Source: Octopus sinensis
Taxonomy: Eukaryota
Direction: 5' to 3'
Length of the DNA stretch: 64,000 nucleotides
Assembly: GCF_006345805.1 (NCBI RefSeq)
Contig: NC_043002.1
Location: forward strand, 73,098,001-73,162,000
Below the pieces are notes generated by a model. It was not told the DNA's origin. It saw only the letters and a list, made by a program, of their open reading frames with translations, and ran no database searches. Positions within the stretch are counted from its first letter, which is position 1, and each line of letters starts with the position of its first letter. Both the position numbers and the translations under genes were made by a program. This document shows positions 25,911 to 39,659 of this stretch, piece by piece.

Positions 25911-26469
25911 TCCATATTTATATACTTTTACTTTTATACTTTTATATGTTTCAGTCCAATGACTGTGGCCATGCTGGAGCACCGCCATTATATATGTAGA
26001 ATTTTACTGTTTATGCATGCAACATGAAATGGAGAGCAATACTATCTGTGATTTAGCCGATTCTTCCCATTGGTCAGTTTTTATGTTTAGTTGTATATGA
26101 TAGTCCCCTCAGGTCACAGATAAATTGTCAGTCTTAGTGGCTGTACACATCAACATATTTGATCTTTTGCACTGTTCTGCATGAAGCGTGAATTAACAAG
26201 TAAATAACTCAGCAACCATATTCTGAGTCATACTTGTATTATTGTAATATATATGATGGCTTCATAACATTGTCATTTATTTATTTACTCTGTTATTGTT
26301 GGTTTTTTTTTGTTTCTGTTCATCTGATTTCTTTCCTGTCTTTCATGGTCACATGGGATAATTATTTTCTTATGGAATATCTGATACCATTGATTTCTTG
26401 AGCAAGAGATTCTTTCATGTTCATGTTTTGATGTATGTATTTTAGATTTTTGAGAGCAATGCAAACGTT

Positions 26470-26710
26470 AATTAATTCTATATAAAAAGTATTATATATG
26501 ATAATATTGTGTTTCTATATAAAAATATTATATATGATAAATATATTTCGTTATAAAAATATTATATATCATAAATATTTTATTTCTATATAAAAATATT
26601 ATAAAGGATTAATATTATATTTCTATATAAAAATATTATATATGATAAATATATTTCTATATTAAAATATTATATATGATAAATATTATATTTCTATATA
26701 AAAGTATCAT
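26470..26710. repeat. AT-rich minisatellite, unit about 33-39 bp
   Basis: About 6-7 copies of TTTCTATATAAAAATATTATATATGATAAATAT. Confidence 0.9.
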
Positions 26711-27034
26711 CCACTTATATTTTATTAGATGCTGGAGATTCTTTAATCATGATTTTGAGTTTCAAATCGTTGAATCAGTTGAGATAGGGGGAAGCTGTAT
26801 AACAATATATAAGCGATAATAATCACAAACTCATCGAAATTTGATGAGCAAACAATACATCGAAATTTGATCTGTTGCCAACTACATAAACATATATATA
26901 TGTATATGTATATGCACACACATTATGTGCTTGTGTACATAATCATCCACACACTTATATGATTCTCAATGTGTGTGTAAGAATGAATATATAAACCAAG
27001 AGTCTGTGAATGAAAATGCATCACACACTGTATA

Positions 27035-27233
27035 AACTCTTTTACTCTTTTACTTGTTTCAGTCATGTGACTGTGGCCATGCTGGAGCACTGCCTTTAGT
27101 CGAGCAAATCGACCCCAGGACTTATTCTTTGTAAGCCTAGTACTTATTCTATCAGTCTATTTTGCCGAACTGCTAAATTACGGGGACGTAAACACACTAA
27201 GCGATGTTGGTGGGGAACAAACAGAGGCACACA

Positions 27234-27273
<40 letters not shown>

Positions 27274-27595
27274 TATATATCTTCTGCTGTTTGTAATTCA
27301 CAAGGTATTGGTCAGCCTGTGAATGACCAATGCCTTGTGAGTGAATTTAGTGGACAGAAGTTGTGAGGAAGCCTATCGTGTGTGTGTCTGTCTGTGTGTA
27401 TTTATCCCTTGCCATTTCCTGACAATAGGTGTTGGTTTCTTTATGTCCCTGTAGCTTAGCTGTTTAGTGAAAGAGGCTGATAGAATAAGTATCAGGCTTA
27501 AAAGTAAGTACTGGGATTGATTCATTTCACTGAACTCTTCCAGGCAGTGCCCCCAGCATGACCTGTCCAATAACTGAAACGAGTAAAAGATAATA
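27035..27595. mobile_element. Inverted pair of family A SINE fragments (- then +)
   Basis: 27035-27230 on - and 27310-27595 on +. Confidence 0.8.
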
Positions 27596-28185
27596 ACTAA
27601 ATAACCAAGATTTTGTCTTATTCAACTTCACTGCAGTTAAAATCAGGTCCTCATTTCCATTCTATATCTACTTTCTATTCTGGCATGGGTTGGACAGGTT
27701 TTGTTTCTACTCTCCTAGATGAGTTAGGGACTCCCATCTTACCCACAAGTTGCATTTTGGGCTTGGTTTCTATGGCTGGATAACCTTCAGCATTTTGGGC
27801 TTTGTTTCTATGGCTAGATACAAATCAGATTAGTTTGGATCTGGTGAGCTTTGTGGAAGAAACTTTCATAATACATTGGAAAGGAAGGGTGGTTGCAGCA
27901 ATGCATTGTGAAGTGCAGAGAGCAAGATGAAGCAAGTAAGACATCTTAGTCATCTACTGCATCTCTCTCCATCCCTAGGCGTATTGACTTGGTCTTGCCA
28001 TTGGATTGAAGATGGTCACAAGAGAGTGAGGCTGACTATGTGTAACTTTCTTCACTTTATTGAAAGTCACCATGCAATTCATCAGTCATTCTTCATCCCT
28101 TTATCATGGTTGGCTACATGGTCCTTATCATCCACCGATGGACAAAGACAAAATAATCAGATTGTATGTATTACTATCTTTATAG

Positions 28186-28430
28186 TGGAGGTGCATGGCT
28201 GCATGGTTTAGTGGTTAGACTGCTGGATTCATAATCATAAGATTGCAGTTTTGATTCCTGGATCAGGCTATGTGTTATGTTCTCGAGTAGAATACTTCAT
28301 TTCACGTTGCTCCAATCCACCCAGCTGGTAAAAATGAGTAAATCTGCAATGGACTGGTATCCAGTCCAGGGACTAATATATATGCCAAAAAAACCCAGGA
28401 AACTGGCCCTATGCACTTTATGGAGTAATG
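28186..28430 (+). mobile_element. tRNA-derived SINE (D-like head, GACTGGTATCCAGTCCAGGG domain)
   Basis: GTGGAGGTGCATGGCTGCATGGTTTAGTGGTTAG head; 3' part resembles family C. Confidence 0.7.
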
Positions 28431-28794
28431 TGGGCTAACCATTATCTTTATAGGTGTCAGGAATTTATTGTCAAGTATTGTAAATTTAGCAACATGCATA
28501 CAAATGCATTTGCATAAAGAATATGATCTGTCAAAAAGGCTTGTATGCTTCTGACTGTACTTGTGTGATATGCATGTATGTAAAATTTGCCATCTGTTGT
28601 TTGTCAGGCCTACAAATTCTCTCTTTGGGTTATAACTGCTCCCATCCCACCGTAATTACTTTGGTGCAAGAACAAAAAAGAAACAAGAAAGACTTTGAAC
28701 TTTTTTTCAGCTTTTATAATTTGTTACCCGGCTGCAAATATTCTAGCGTTCATTTTAAAGTTTTACAATAATACAGGCTACTTACCGTTTTTAT

Positions 28795-29422
28795 ATTCTT
28801 TTACTTGTTTTAGTCATTTGACTGCAGCCATGCTGGAGCACTACTTTTAATCAAGCAAATCAACCGCAGGACTTATTCTTTGTAAGCCTAGTACTTATTC
28901 TATCAGTCTCTTTTTTGCCAAACCACTAAGTTACAGGGACGTTGACACACACCAACATCGGTTGTCAAGCAACACTGGAAGGACAAACAGACACATAAAT
29001 ACATATATATGTATGTATATATATACACACACAATGGGCATCTTTCAGTTTCTCTCTACCAAATCCACTTACAAGGCTTTGGTTGGCCTGAAGCTACAGT
29101 ATATGGTAAGATACCATTTATATATACACACACACTCACAAATATAAAGTATGTACCTAACTTGAAAAATTGCTCCTAAAATTATTTATCTATTTGAGAT
29201 GATTTACAATGTCTCCAATATTATAGAATTTTCCAAATACAAAAAATTAAAGCTAATTAAATATGGCACCGTTTCTAGGATATGTGGCTGTGTGGTAAGA
29301 ATTCTAATTCTCAACCATCAACCATATGATTCTAGCATCTTGGGTAAGCATGTTTTTACTATAGTTACAAGCCAGGCAAAGCCTTGTGAGTGGATTTGGT
29401 AGAAACTGAAAGAAGTCCATCA

Positions 29423-29467
<45 letters not shown>

Positions 29468-29695
29468 GTGTCTGTCTTTGTGTCTGCTGTCCCCCCATCA
29501 CTGCTTGGCAATAGGTGTTGGTGTGTTTACATCCCTGTAACTTACCAGTTCAGCAAAAGAGACTGATAGAATAAGTACTAGGCTTTAAAAAATATGTCCT
29601 GGGATTGATTTGTTTGACTAAAACCCTTCGAGGTGGTGCTCCAGCATGGCTGCAGTCAAATAACTGAAACAAGTAAAAGAATAAAGAATAAAAGA
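28795..29695. mobile_element. Inverted pair of family A SINEs (28795-29100 -, 29275-29695 +)
   Basis: Both match the family consensus in opposite orientations. Confidence 0.85.
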
Positions 29696-29718
29696 ATATA
29701 CATATATATATATATTAT

Positions 29719-29749
<31 letters not shown>

Positions 29750-29754
<5 letters not shown>

Positions 29755-29894
29755 ATTCGAGACAAAACCACTACTTTGCAAAACAAACAAGGAAAGACTT
29801 AATCAATACATAAAAATTTTTAATATATTTTTATGTATTGATTAAGTCTTTCCTTGTTTGTTTTGCAAAGTAGTGGTTTTGTCTCGAATTATAT
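29750..29894. repeat. Perfect inverted repeat, 68-bp arms with a 9-nt spacer
   Basis: 29750-29817 is the exact reverse complement of 29827-29894 (checked base by base). Confidence 0.97.
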
Positions 29895-29991
29895 TATATA
29901 ATATTTTACTATAGAATTGGATTTAATCCTAAATCTGATTTTTCCCTGTAAATTTGGATTTATTCCCTAATATTTATTATTATATATATAT

Positions 29992-30347
29992 ACTAGCAGT
30001 ATCGCCCGGCGTTGCTCGGGTTTGTAAGGGAAATAACTATAAAGCATTTTTAGAGAGTTATAGCCAAAAAAATGGAAAAAAAATGATGGTAAATTTTTTT
30101 TTAGTTAAAAAGGTCGAGTCGCGTCCCCTAGACAGTCTGTGGTTTGTGTTTCTGATTCTTGACTCCATGTCGAATTTATCGATTTTTTTCAGAACTGGGG
30201 GAACTTTTCAAAATTTTCGCTGCGTTAGTTTTGAATTATGACATTGGGCTATGTGTGTGTCAAGTTTCATCAGAATCGGTTGAAAGCCGTGGTCAGGGTG
30301 AGGGTACAACCTGACAGACACACAGAAACACACACAGACAAACTGCC

Positions 30348-30360
<13 letters not shown>
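29992..30360 (-). mobile_element. Non-autonomous Helitron
   Basis: On -, ends ...CCCGAGCAACGCCGGG-CGATACTG-CTAG-T (subterminal GC hairpin then CTAG). Its 5' end lies in (TA)n after AAACGGCAGTTTGTCTGT, as in small insect and invertebrate Helitrons. Confidence 0.85.
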
Positions 30361-30392
<32 letters not shown>

Positions 30393-31660
30393 CACATAAA
30401 TGTGTGTGTGTGCACGTGCACACACACATACTGCTCTTTCCTTGCCTTTACATTGCTTGATGGTTATAAAAGAATGTCATCACCATGCAACTGGTGTCCT
30501 TTGTTCCCAATCATCCATGAAAACAGGTCAGGTCATGGAGAAATATTACCTCACTTGGAAGCAGGTAAAATCTAGTGATAGGAGGGCCTTCCGGTCATAG
30601 GAATAGAAAAAAAGTCTGTTTATTTCTTGTTTTGCTGGTGTCTCAAATTTAGGTTAAATCAGTGTTTCTCAAGGAAAAGGCCTATGGGACGGTTGGACAA
30701 GTTGTTTTGAGAAAATTTGGTTTAAATGTTTGACAACTCAGCACCGTCCATTGGACGGGGGTGGGGGCGTTTTGTTCGTATATATACATACGTACATATA
30801 TATATATATATATACACACAAACACACATGAGTGTGTGTGTTCTGACGTAGAATAAATTAATTAGAATGCATTGCTGTTGTTATGTTGTGTGGTAAATAC
30901 TTGTGGCTAATTAGTGAAAGATTTGAGTGTTGTTTACATACAATTAGGAATACTAACAAGCTGTTCAATGCTTAATGATATACAGTAACCTGTTTCTATA
31001 TACATTAATTAGTGGTTAATCAAATACAGCAAATTAAAGGCTTTCGTTTCAGTCCAGTTCTGATCTTTAGTAGTCTTTTGAACTTTAGTTTTTATTTACT
31101 ATAAATATTGGTTGTTCTCTTGCAGAGACAATTAAGAATTTGAACGTTTTTTTTAATTATTATTGTTGTTTTAATAAATTAGAAGAGGAGAGAGCAAGGC
31201 TCAAAGCTTTTGTTGGATATTCAAGACTAACTTGATAGATTTAGTTGTTGTTCTGTTTAAAAGTTTAAACTTATGAAGGCTGACAACATTTATTGGAAAA
31301 ATATTTGGGGAGACGAAATTTCAGACTGTTTGTAGGACTGTTGGGGCAAAGTGTTTAATGTAGGATCTGGGAGGTATAATACAATATGAATAGCAGGAGA
31401 TGAAGAATATGGAACATTGAATGGGCCTGGTTGAAAATGGCATTATAACTTGTAAGTTCATAGGAGCGGAGGCTACTGTAGCATGGGCAGAGAAGAAACA
31501 GTCTAATTGTGAGCCAAATGGTAGTGATGGAGAGTGATGGCAGCATCAGTGGCAGAGTTGACAGCAGTGTTGTTTTGTCCCCGGTCCCAATCTTCATCAA
31601 GTTCAAGAGATTAGAGATGTATGGAACTCCTAAGTCAGTAAACTTATGCAAGAAGTTTCC

Positions 31661-32070
31661 ATACGCAGGAGTGGCTATGAGGTAAGTAGCTTACTTACCA
31701 CCCACATGATTCTGGGTTTAGTCCCACTGTTTGGCACCTTGGGCTAGTGTCTCCTACTATAGCCTCGGGCCAACTAAAGCCTTATGAGTGGATTTGGTAG
31801 ACAGAAACTGAAAAAAGCCTGTTGTATATATATATATGTATATATAATATATGTATGTATGTATGCATTTGTGTGTCTGGGTTTGTTCCCCCAACATTGC
31901 TTAACAACTGGTGTGTTTGCATCTCCATAACTTAGCCGTTCGGCAAAAGAAATTGACAGAATAAGTACTAGGCTTACAAAGAATAAGTCCTGGAGTCAAT
32001 TTGCTCAACTAAAGGCGGTGCTTCAGCATGGCTGCAGTCAAATCAGTCAAATGACTGAAACAAATAAAAG
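31661..32070 (+). mobile_element. SINE family A
   Basis: Near full-length consensus match. Confidence 0.9.
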
Positions 32071-32407
32071 AAGAGAACAAAAGAATATCAAGTATAGTTA
32101 CAGTGTTTGCTGATATCAAGGGCATCAACATTATCTTTGCTGATGTTGTAAGAGCAAGATATTGTTCATATATGTCACAGGAAAGCAAGTTTTGGACAGA
32201 TATGGCTTTATACTGAAGGAGAAAAACTTACAGTGATAAACGAGTGTAATTTAGATACCACTTCTAGCAGGTGAAGTGAGTGAGTACACAAAAGCTCCTC
32301 AATAGTCTGTAAAAGAGGTTTGTTGTTTATATGTCTCTCACAACCTTGGAAATGTCAAAAGAATAGAATCAAAAAAGTTGCCCTTCTTGAAAATGGAACA
32401 TACTTTA

Positions 32408-32444
<37 letters not shown>

Positions 32445-32943
32445 TAATGTGTGCTTCCATAATTTGAGACTGGTCCCTGTAGAGAGAGAAAGATCAAAGA
32501 GTTGGGTGGGGATAGGAACTAGAATTTGATGTACAATTTGCAATTTGTATTAGTTTATTTTATAAGAACACTTTATAAGACTTGTCAGATGCTTTAGTCA
32601 CTTTTGATCCAGCTAAGAGTGTCCATGTAGTTTTGAATATGAATTATATATGAAATAGTAACCAAGGAAAAGGAAACGGAGTGATTAATATCTTCTAAAT
32701 GTTGTAATTTATTTATAGATAGAACATATTGAAGATTTTTTTTATTTTATTTATATATTTATTCTGGTTCAGAAAATAGTTTGTCAAGAATATAATGTTA
32801 TGTTTTAGCTTGGATTAATGAAAGAGTTAAATAGTTGGGTAGAAAACATTTAAAAACATATTTATTTCCGATTTTATGAGTCAGCACAAAATGGCAAAAT
32901 AACTTTTTCCTGTACATTTCCTTTTAGATGAGTGTGTGTGTGT

Positions 32944-32981
<38 letters not shown>

Positions 32982-33555
32982 AGACATTTATTCATATCGT
33001 CATCATCATTTAATGGTCATCTTCTGTGCTGGCATGGCTTGGACAATTTGACAAGATCCAGTGGACCAGAAAACTGGATTGAGCTCCAGTGTTCGCTTTG
33101 GTATGGTTTCTATAGTTGAATGCCCTTTCAAATACTAATCATGTTACAGTGTACTGAGTGGTTTTATTGTGACACTGACACTAGTGAGGCCTTTGAATAA
33201 CTTGCAAGACAGAAAAAAAAAATGAACAAACAAACAAACGAAAAGGTCCCTTGATTGAGTAGTAAGGGCAATGTGGTTTTCTGCCAGGTTTTGAGATGCT
33301 AAAGAGGGACAAGCACAGGCCTTTTCTTATAGAAGAGATACATGACTACCCTGCATTATGTAAGCAAACACACATAAGCATACACACAAACACACACATG
33401 CATGCGCATGTATGTAAGTATATGCATACAAACAGTTTTTTATAGTTTCTGGCCTTCAAATTTCATTCACATAGTATAAGGACCAAAGTACCATGTTGTA
33501 AGATTAAACCTGAAATCACATAGATATTTAAGCAAATTACTTAACCACAAAGCTA

Positions 33556-33586
<31 letters not shown>

Positions 33587-33620
33587 ACTCATGTAATGTA
33601 ATACATATATGTATGAACAT

Positions 33621-33651
<31 letters not shown>

Positions 33652-33710
33652 GAGAGAGACACACACACACACACACACACATACATGTATATACATATAT
33701 GCATGCACGT

Positions 33711-33770
<60 letters not shown>

Positions 33771-35064
33771 TAGGCTACATATCCACTGTCTTTTTACCAA
33801 ATTCCACTCATAATATGACTCAGTTTTAGCTTTTTATTATTAAACTTTTTTTTTCTTTTTCTTTTTGCTATTTCCATGTATGTTATTGGTCCTTTATATT
33901 TTGTTTGAAACAGTAAATATATAAGGAAAAATCTATTGAAGTTTGTAGACCATCCCAGTTTTATATAGTCTAAATGAAATCATTTTAGCATCAGTTGTTT
34001 TTGATGCTCTTGTATTGCAGTTGATCATCATGGGAAAACTATTATGACTGTTTCAAATTGATTATCGCTAGATTCTTCAAACATTCTGTCTGTTTGGTGT
34101 TAGATCTCTTTCAACAATGAGGCAATAGTTTAACCTTGGCATCTGGTGCTATTTTAATACTAGGCTGCACTATTTTTGGTGTTGACTTTCTTTCCTTATG
34201 TTTTGCTATTCAGTATATATCTTCCATGATGAATCATAGACAATTCCATAATTGTCTCCCCAAAATGATTACACTGTGTGAAATGATTTTTTCTTCTTGA
34301 GTTGCAACTGTTATTTCCTATTTGCCTATCGCAAGAAAGTATGAAAAATTGCTAATATTTTCTTCAAAAATTGCTTTTACGATATTTATTTAAACCCCAA
34401 AGGCTCCCTCCCAATATATGGCTGTAGTGCTTCTCAACTACTCCTGCTCATGATCAGCGTTGCAGATATTGTCAACCACTAAGGGACATGCTCAAGCAAG
34501 TGACAAGCAAATCTGCGGTATTGAGCAGAATATTTGCTATAATGATATTTCTGCTTCAGCAACTCAGCACTGAGTCTGTCTGAAATGTAATGGAAAATTG
34601 GTAAGTTTCAAAATACTGATGTCCAGGTCACAAAAGCCAAGTCTAAAGGGAGTAGTAATTTCCTTTGATTTCTAGATAGAAGCAAATTGGAAATAGCACT
34701 TACTGATTAAAAGCAAAAAAAAAAATTTTAATTTGTTACATAGTGATATTTCTCTTCTCCATGGATGTTATTTTAGCAAATGAAAATTTCTTGCTTCACT
34801 ACATTAAATAAGTTGACACTCATCTTATCTCCCGGTAGGGCACAATTCTTATTCACTTAAATTTTTTCCTACCATGCCTGTATTAATTTAGTGATTCTTC
34901 TGTGGCTTTGGAGTGTTTTGACTGCTATCTTTAGCAAAGCAGGTGCTTATTAGTACCCTAGTATATACAAATATATTTCTATATTCTATATCATCATGTG
35001 ATCATGTGACCGACCAGACCATCAGATGTTGTTACACATCGCTGGTCACAATGCCACAAAGTGT

Positions 35065-35226
35065 GGTGAAAGAGTACAGCAGGGATCACCACCCCCTGCC
35101 GGAGCCTCGTGGAGCTTTTTAGGTGTTATCGCTCAATAAACACTCACAATGCCCGGTCTGGGAATCGAAACCGCGATCCTACGACCGCGAGTCCACTGCC
35201 CTAACCACTGGGCCATTGCGCCTCAA
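35065..35226 (-). mobile_element. SINE family C, 5' half, little decayed (CpGs retained)
   Basis: Reverse complement GAGGCGCAATGGCCCAGTGGTTAGGGCAGTGGACTCGCGGTCGTAGGATCGCGGTTTCGATTCC. Confidence 0.88.
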
Positions 35227-35293
<67 letters not shown>

Positions 35294-35512
35294 AATTTTG
35301 CCTATATGGCTTTTATGCTTGCAGCCACTAACATTATTATTTCTATGAATAATAATGTTCTTTTATATATATATGTTTAAAATATATAATATATATGTAT
35401 TTCAGTAAGATAGAGTGATATTAATAATCAGTTGTTAGAACTCAGTATACTTATGCTTTAGAGTTAAAGTGTTAGGCATGTTTGGAGTGTAATATCAATT
35501 AATGCTTTTTAA

Positions 35513-35595
35513 TGGCTCTGATGAAGGAATTGTGTGTTGCATAGGCACTCAGCTCTGAGTGCACTGCTTCTTATAGCGGAAACAGCCGTAAGCTA
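35513..35595 (+). ncRNA. Penelope-type (type I) hammerhead ribozyme-like motif
   Basis: TGGCT-CTGATGA-A...GAAA-CAGCCG-TA-AGCTA: both core boxes, a GUA cleavage triplet and a 5-bp stem I (TGGCT/AGCTA, one G-U pair); stem II region long and irregular. Confidence 0.5.
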
Positions 35596-36124
35596 ATGAT
35601 GGTGACTGCATAAATCTTGTTCTTTTGTCATTCATTAATTGATATTACACACACATGTATACACACACACACACACACACTCTGTCTCTCTCTCTCTCTC
35701 TCTCTTTTCCTCTCTCTTTCTGTCTCTATTTCTCTATCTCTTTCTCACACACACGCACACATCTGCAATATATATAATAGCAGATGCCAGCTATCAGTCA
35801 TAATGATAGCCATCACCTCACATACACACAACTGATAAGCTTGCACTCTAGTAAGGAATGGCTGAATCAACAATAGACTACTGGCGTTTCAATTTCATCT
35901 CTTTTGATTTTAAGTTAAAAATATACTTGGCTGATGAAATGCTAGAGTAGCAAAATCTTTCTCAATCACACCCTAACAAATTAAAGACTCTCTGCATGCG
36001 TTAAAAATGCTAGATAGAACAGCCAAATCTTCCTCAGCCTCACCCTACAGTCTTAAAAAGGAAGAATTCCAACATTGGATGGTCACAATTAAAAGGCTTT
36101 TTATCAAAGGGTTATTTGATCAAA

Positions 36125-37310
36125 TAGGTGTAGGAGTGGCCGTGTGGTAAGTAACTTGCTTATGAACCACATGGTTCCGGGTTCAGTCCCATTGTGTAGC
36201 AAGTGTCTTCTACTATAGCCTTGGGCCAACCAAAACCTTGTGAGTGGATTTGGCTGACGGAAATTGAAAGAAGCCTGTCGTATGTATATGTATGTATATG
36301 TTTGTGTGTCTGTGTTTGTCCCCCTAATATCACTTGACAGCCAATGCTGGTGTGTTTCCATCCCCCGTAATTTAGCGGTTTGGCAAAAGAAACTTGAGTC
36401 GTGCATAATTAAACCAGCAACACCTAGTCGAACAAACACTTCTCTGCATGCCTAATACAATAATGGTGATGTTCTTAACTGTTATATGGGAATGTAAATA
36501 TGTTTGCAAATTGTTGTTGTTACATGTTATTCTGTGTTCTGAATATTTTTATTTCAATAAATGTTGCTTACTGCAAGTTATAGATGATTCTTTTATGACT
36601 TCATTGCTTTCAGGCTTAGCTTAAGGTATTTTTGCACCCAACATCACAAAATACATCTGAATAAATATTGCCAGATAGCAAATAGAGACTCAGGCATTGC
36701 TTAGAAAATATTTTTCGTTTTTAACCTCATATATAATATGCACTAGGGATTTTGACGTTTAAATTTTGGGGAAAAGAATGCGGATTATACTCGAGGATTT
36801 ACGGTACTTGGAAATAGATGAGGGTTGGTGACAGGAAAAGCATCTAGCCAGAGAAAGCCTGCCTCAACAAATCTCATTTGACCCTTGAAAGTGTTGAAAA
36901 GTATACGTTAAAATGATGGAAGTTGTGTGGTTAAGAAGTTTGCTTTGTAACCTCTTGGTTCCAGGTTACTTGTCTCCCATAGCGCTAGACTGATCAATGT
37001 CTTGTGAGAGGAAGTGGTTGATAGAAATTGTCTTCTACTATAGCCTCAAGCTGACCAAAGCCTTGTGAGTGGATTTGGTAGACAGAAATTGAGAGAACCC
37101 TGTCATATATGTGTGTGTGTTTGTCCCCCTACCATAGCTTGACAACTGACGTTGGTGTGTTTACATCCCCTTAACTTAGTGGTTTGACAAAAGAGACTGA
37201 TAGAATAGGTACTAGGCTTGCAAAGAATAAGTCCTAGGGTCGATTTTTTCAACTAAAGGCGGTGCTTCAGCATGGCCACAGGCAAATGACTGAAACAAGT
37301 CCAAAAAAAA
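36125..37310 (+). mobile_element. Two family A SINEs (36125-36392, 36915-37310) with intervening repeat fragments
   Basis: Consensus matches; a pogo/Tigger-like terminus (TGCGGATTATACTCGAGGATTTACGGTA) lies at ~36779-36806. Confidence 0.75.
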
Positions 37311-37924
37311 AAAAAATTGTGTGTATGTATGTGCATGCTCAGATGTTACCATCTGAGCAAAATGATGATATGATGTTTGCATTCCTTATCGACATTATGA
37401 CTGACCTTTCTGCATTTTCAAAGTCCCAGGAGAATAAAAATAAAACAAAAATTTCCCTTTCTTGAAGAACCAGTGAGGAGTGGTAACAGGAATAGCATCC
37501 AGGTGTGAAATGTCTGAAATAAGTTCCCACCTAACCCATGCTGGCATAGAAAAACAGATGTCATAAACTAATGAACAAATGATGTGGGAAAATAAAAGCG
37601 CTAAAATTACTGAACATAAATTTATTCGTCCGTACCAAAATATTTTCTTCTACTTTCTTCCATTTCTTTTTCTTTTTTTCTTTCTTTTTGTTTAAATCAA
37701 TGCACTAAACTGTAAATTTGTCTTTACATATAAGTACACAAATATCAATGATTCTAAATTGTGTCTTCTAACAAATTTAAACCATTTCTCTGTTATTGAT
37801 TAAGAGTTTGAGTTAGTCTTTTTTTTTGTTTAAACATCAGTTCTTCATAATAGTAACCATGGAAAAAAGAAATTACCAAATTTACATTTCTATTTGCTTT
37901 AAATTCATTAAAAATTTAATCTAA

Positions 37925-38159
37925 CTCTTTTACTCTTTTACTTGTTTCAGTCATGTTGACTGTGGCCATGCTGGAGCACTGCCTTTAGTCGAATTAATTG
38001 ACTTATTCTTTGTAAACCTAGTACTTATTCTATCAGTCTCTTTTGCCAAACCGCTAAGTTACAGCAATGTAAACACACCAACATCTGTTGTCAAGTGATA
38101 AAGCGGGAACAAACGCAAACACACAAATACATACATACATGTATACATACACACACATA

Positions 38160-38206
<47 letters not shown>

Positions 38207-38366
38207 GGCTTCGTTCAGTTTCCATCTACCAAATTCACTCATAAGGCTTTGGTTGGCCCGAAGCTATAATAGAAGACACCTGCCCAAGGTGCCACACTAT
38301 GGAACTGAACCCGGAACTATGTGGTTGGGAAAGCAAGTTTCTTATCACACAGCCATGCCTGCACCT
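37925..38366 (-). mobile_element. SINE family A
   Basis: Full-length consensus match. Confidence 0.9.
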
Positions 38367-39659
38367 GATTAAAAAAAAAGTAACAAATAGAGAACTTATT
38401 GAAAGTTAATTCTTGTAATGATACTAAATATCAAAATTTAAATCTATGTTAAGTTTTCTTGTTTGTTATCATGGTTCTTAATGCTGTTGTAGTGTCCCTC
38501 AGAGCTATGGTTGAGATCTCACTTCAAGGCATTGCTCCAGCAGGGCCAACAAGTAAAAGAATTAGTCATGCTGATCCAACATGGTCACTTGTGTTCTGCT
38601 TGTATTAGTTTTATGAGTAAAGCATGTAAAAGAATAAACAGGTGTTGTGTACCCTGGGCTATATTATCCAGTGTGTTGTCCTCCTTTATCGATTTCAAGA
38701 TATCAGGGGTGAGTGTGTGTGATTTTGGGGGGGATTTTTGCTGTTATTTCTAGCACGCCAACTGGTTGACCATGCAGAGGCTCCCTCCCTGGTTGGCTAT
38801 TTTCGTTGTTTATTTTGCGATCGTCACAGACTCTTTGATTCCCTTTAGAATAAATATCACATGCAGTCTGAGTACACACACAATAGTCTCTGTTGACACG
38901 GGACTATTTTTTACATGCAGTAGATACACACAGTCCTATCTACCCCTCCCCCCTCATCACCACCCCAGCGCCTTCGTTGGTTGTTTCCGGAAGACTGCTG
39001 ACATTTTCTTTTGTATCTTGAAAGCAGTTATGTGCAAACAACAATGTCAATGGATGATGGTGGTGGAGGTGGTGGCAACGGAGGTGGATGGGTTGTAATT
39101 AATCACCTTGCATTCCTCACGCAGGTCACACTAAACCTACCCAGTTTACTGTGTACAATGGGAATTTTGATCAGTTAATATTACTTTAGGATTCTGAATT
39201 AGTGAAGGAAGATCCAAACTCAGAAATCTTACTAATAATTTCAATGTAGGTACAGTACCTGAGAGGATTAGATAATGGTTTATTCATCACAAGATCATTA
39301 GATAAAATCTTTATATTATATCCTAAGGTAATCAACCCCTATTTATTTTTTTAGTTTATTCAGGAGAAAAGTATTACATATGATCCTTTTTCAGGGTTCC
39401 AGATTTGTGGAGTGAATATTTGGTTCAAATACTTGCTACATAGTGGAAACTACTTAAGGTCCCCTAGGACCAGATGATGGTGTTGATTCAGATGATGGAT
39501 TAGGGTCTACCCCCAAGAAGTGTTTTGCTCTTTCATACAGTATCTCCATCTTAAAATTTCACTCAAAAAGTTTTGGTTGACCATGAGGTTAGAATACATT
39601 TTCCAGGGTTCTATGTAGCAGGATTGATTCTGAAAAGATGAGTTGCAAAGTGAATTTCT

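Noticed and set aside
26470-26710. Regularly spaced 33-39-bp repeats resembling a CRISPR array
   Set aside because: The units are contiguous with no unique spacers, almost pure AT, in a eukaryotic context: a minisatellite.
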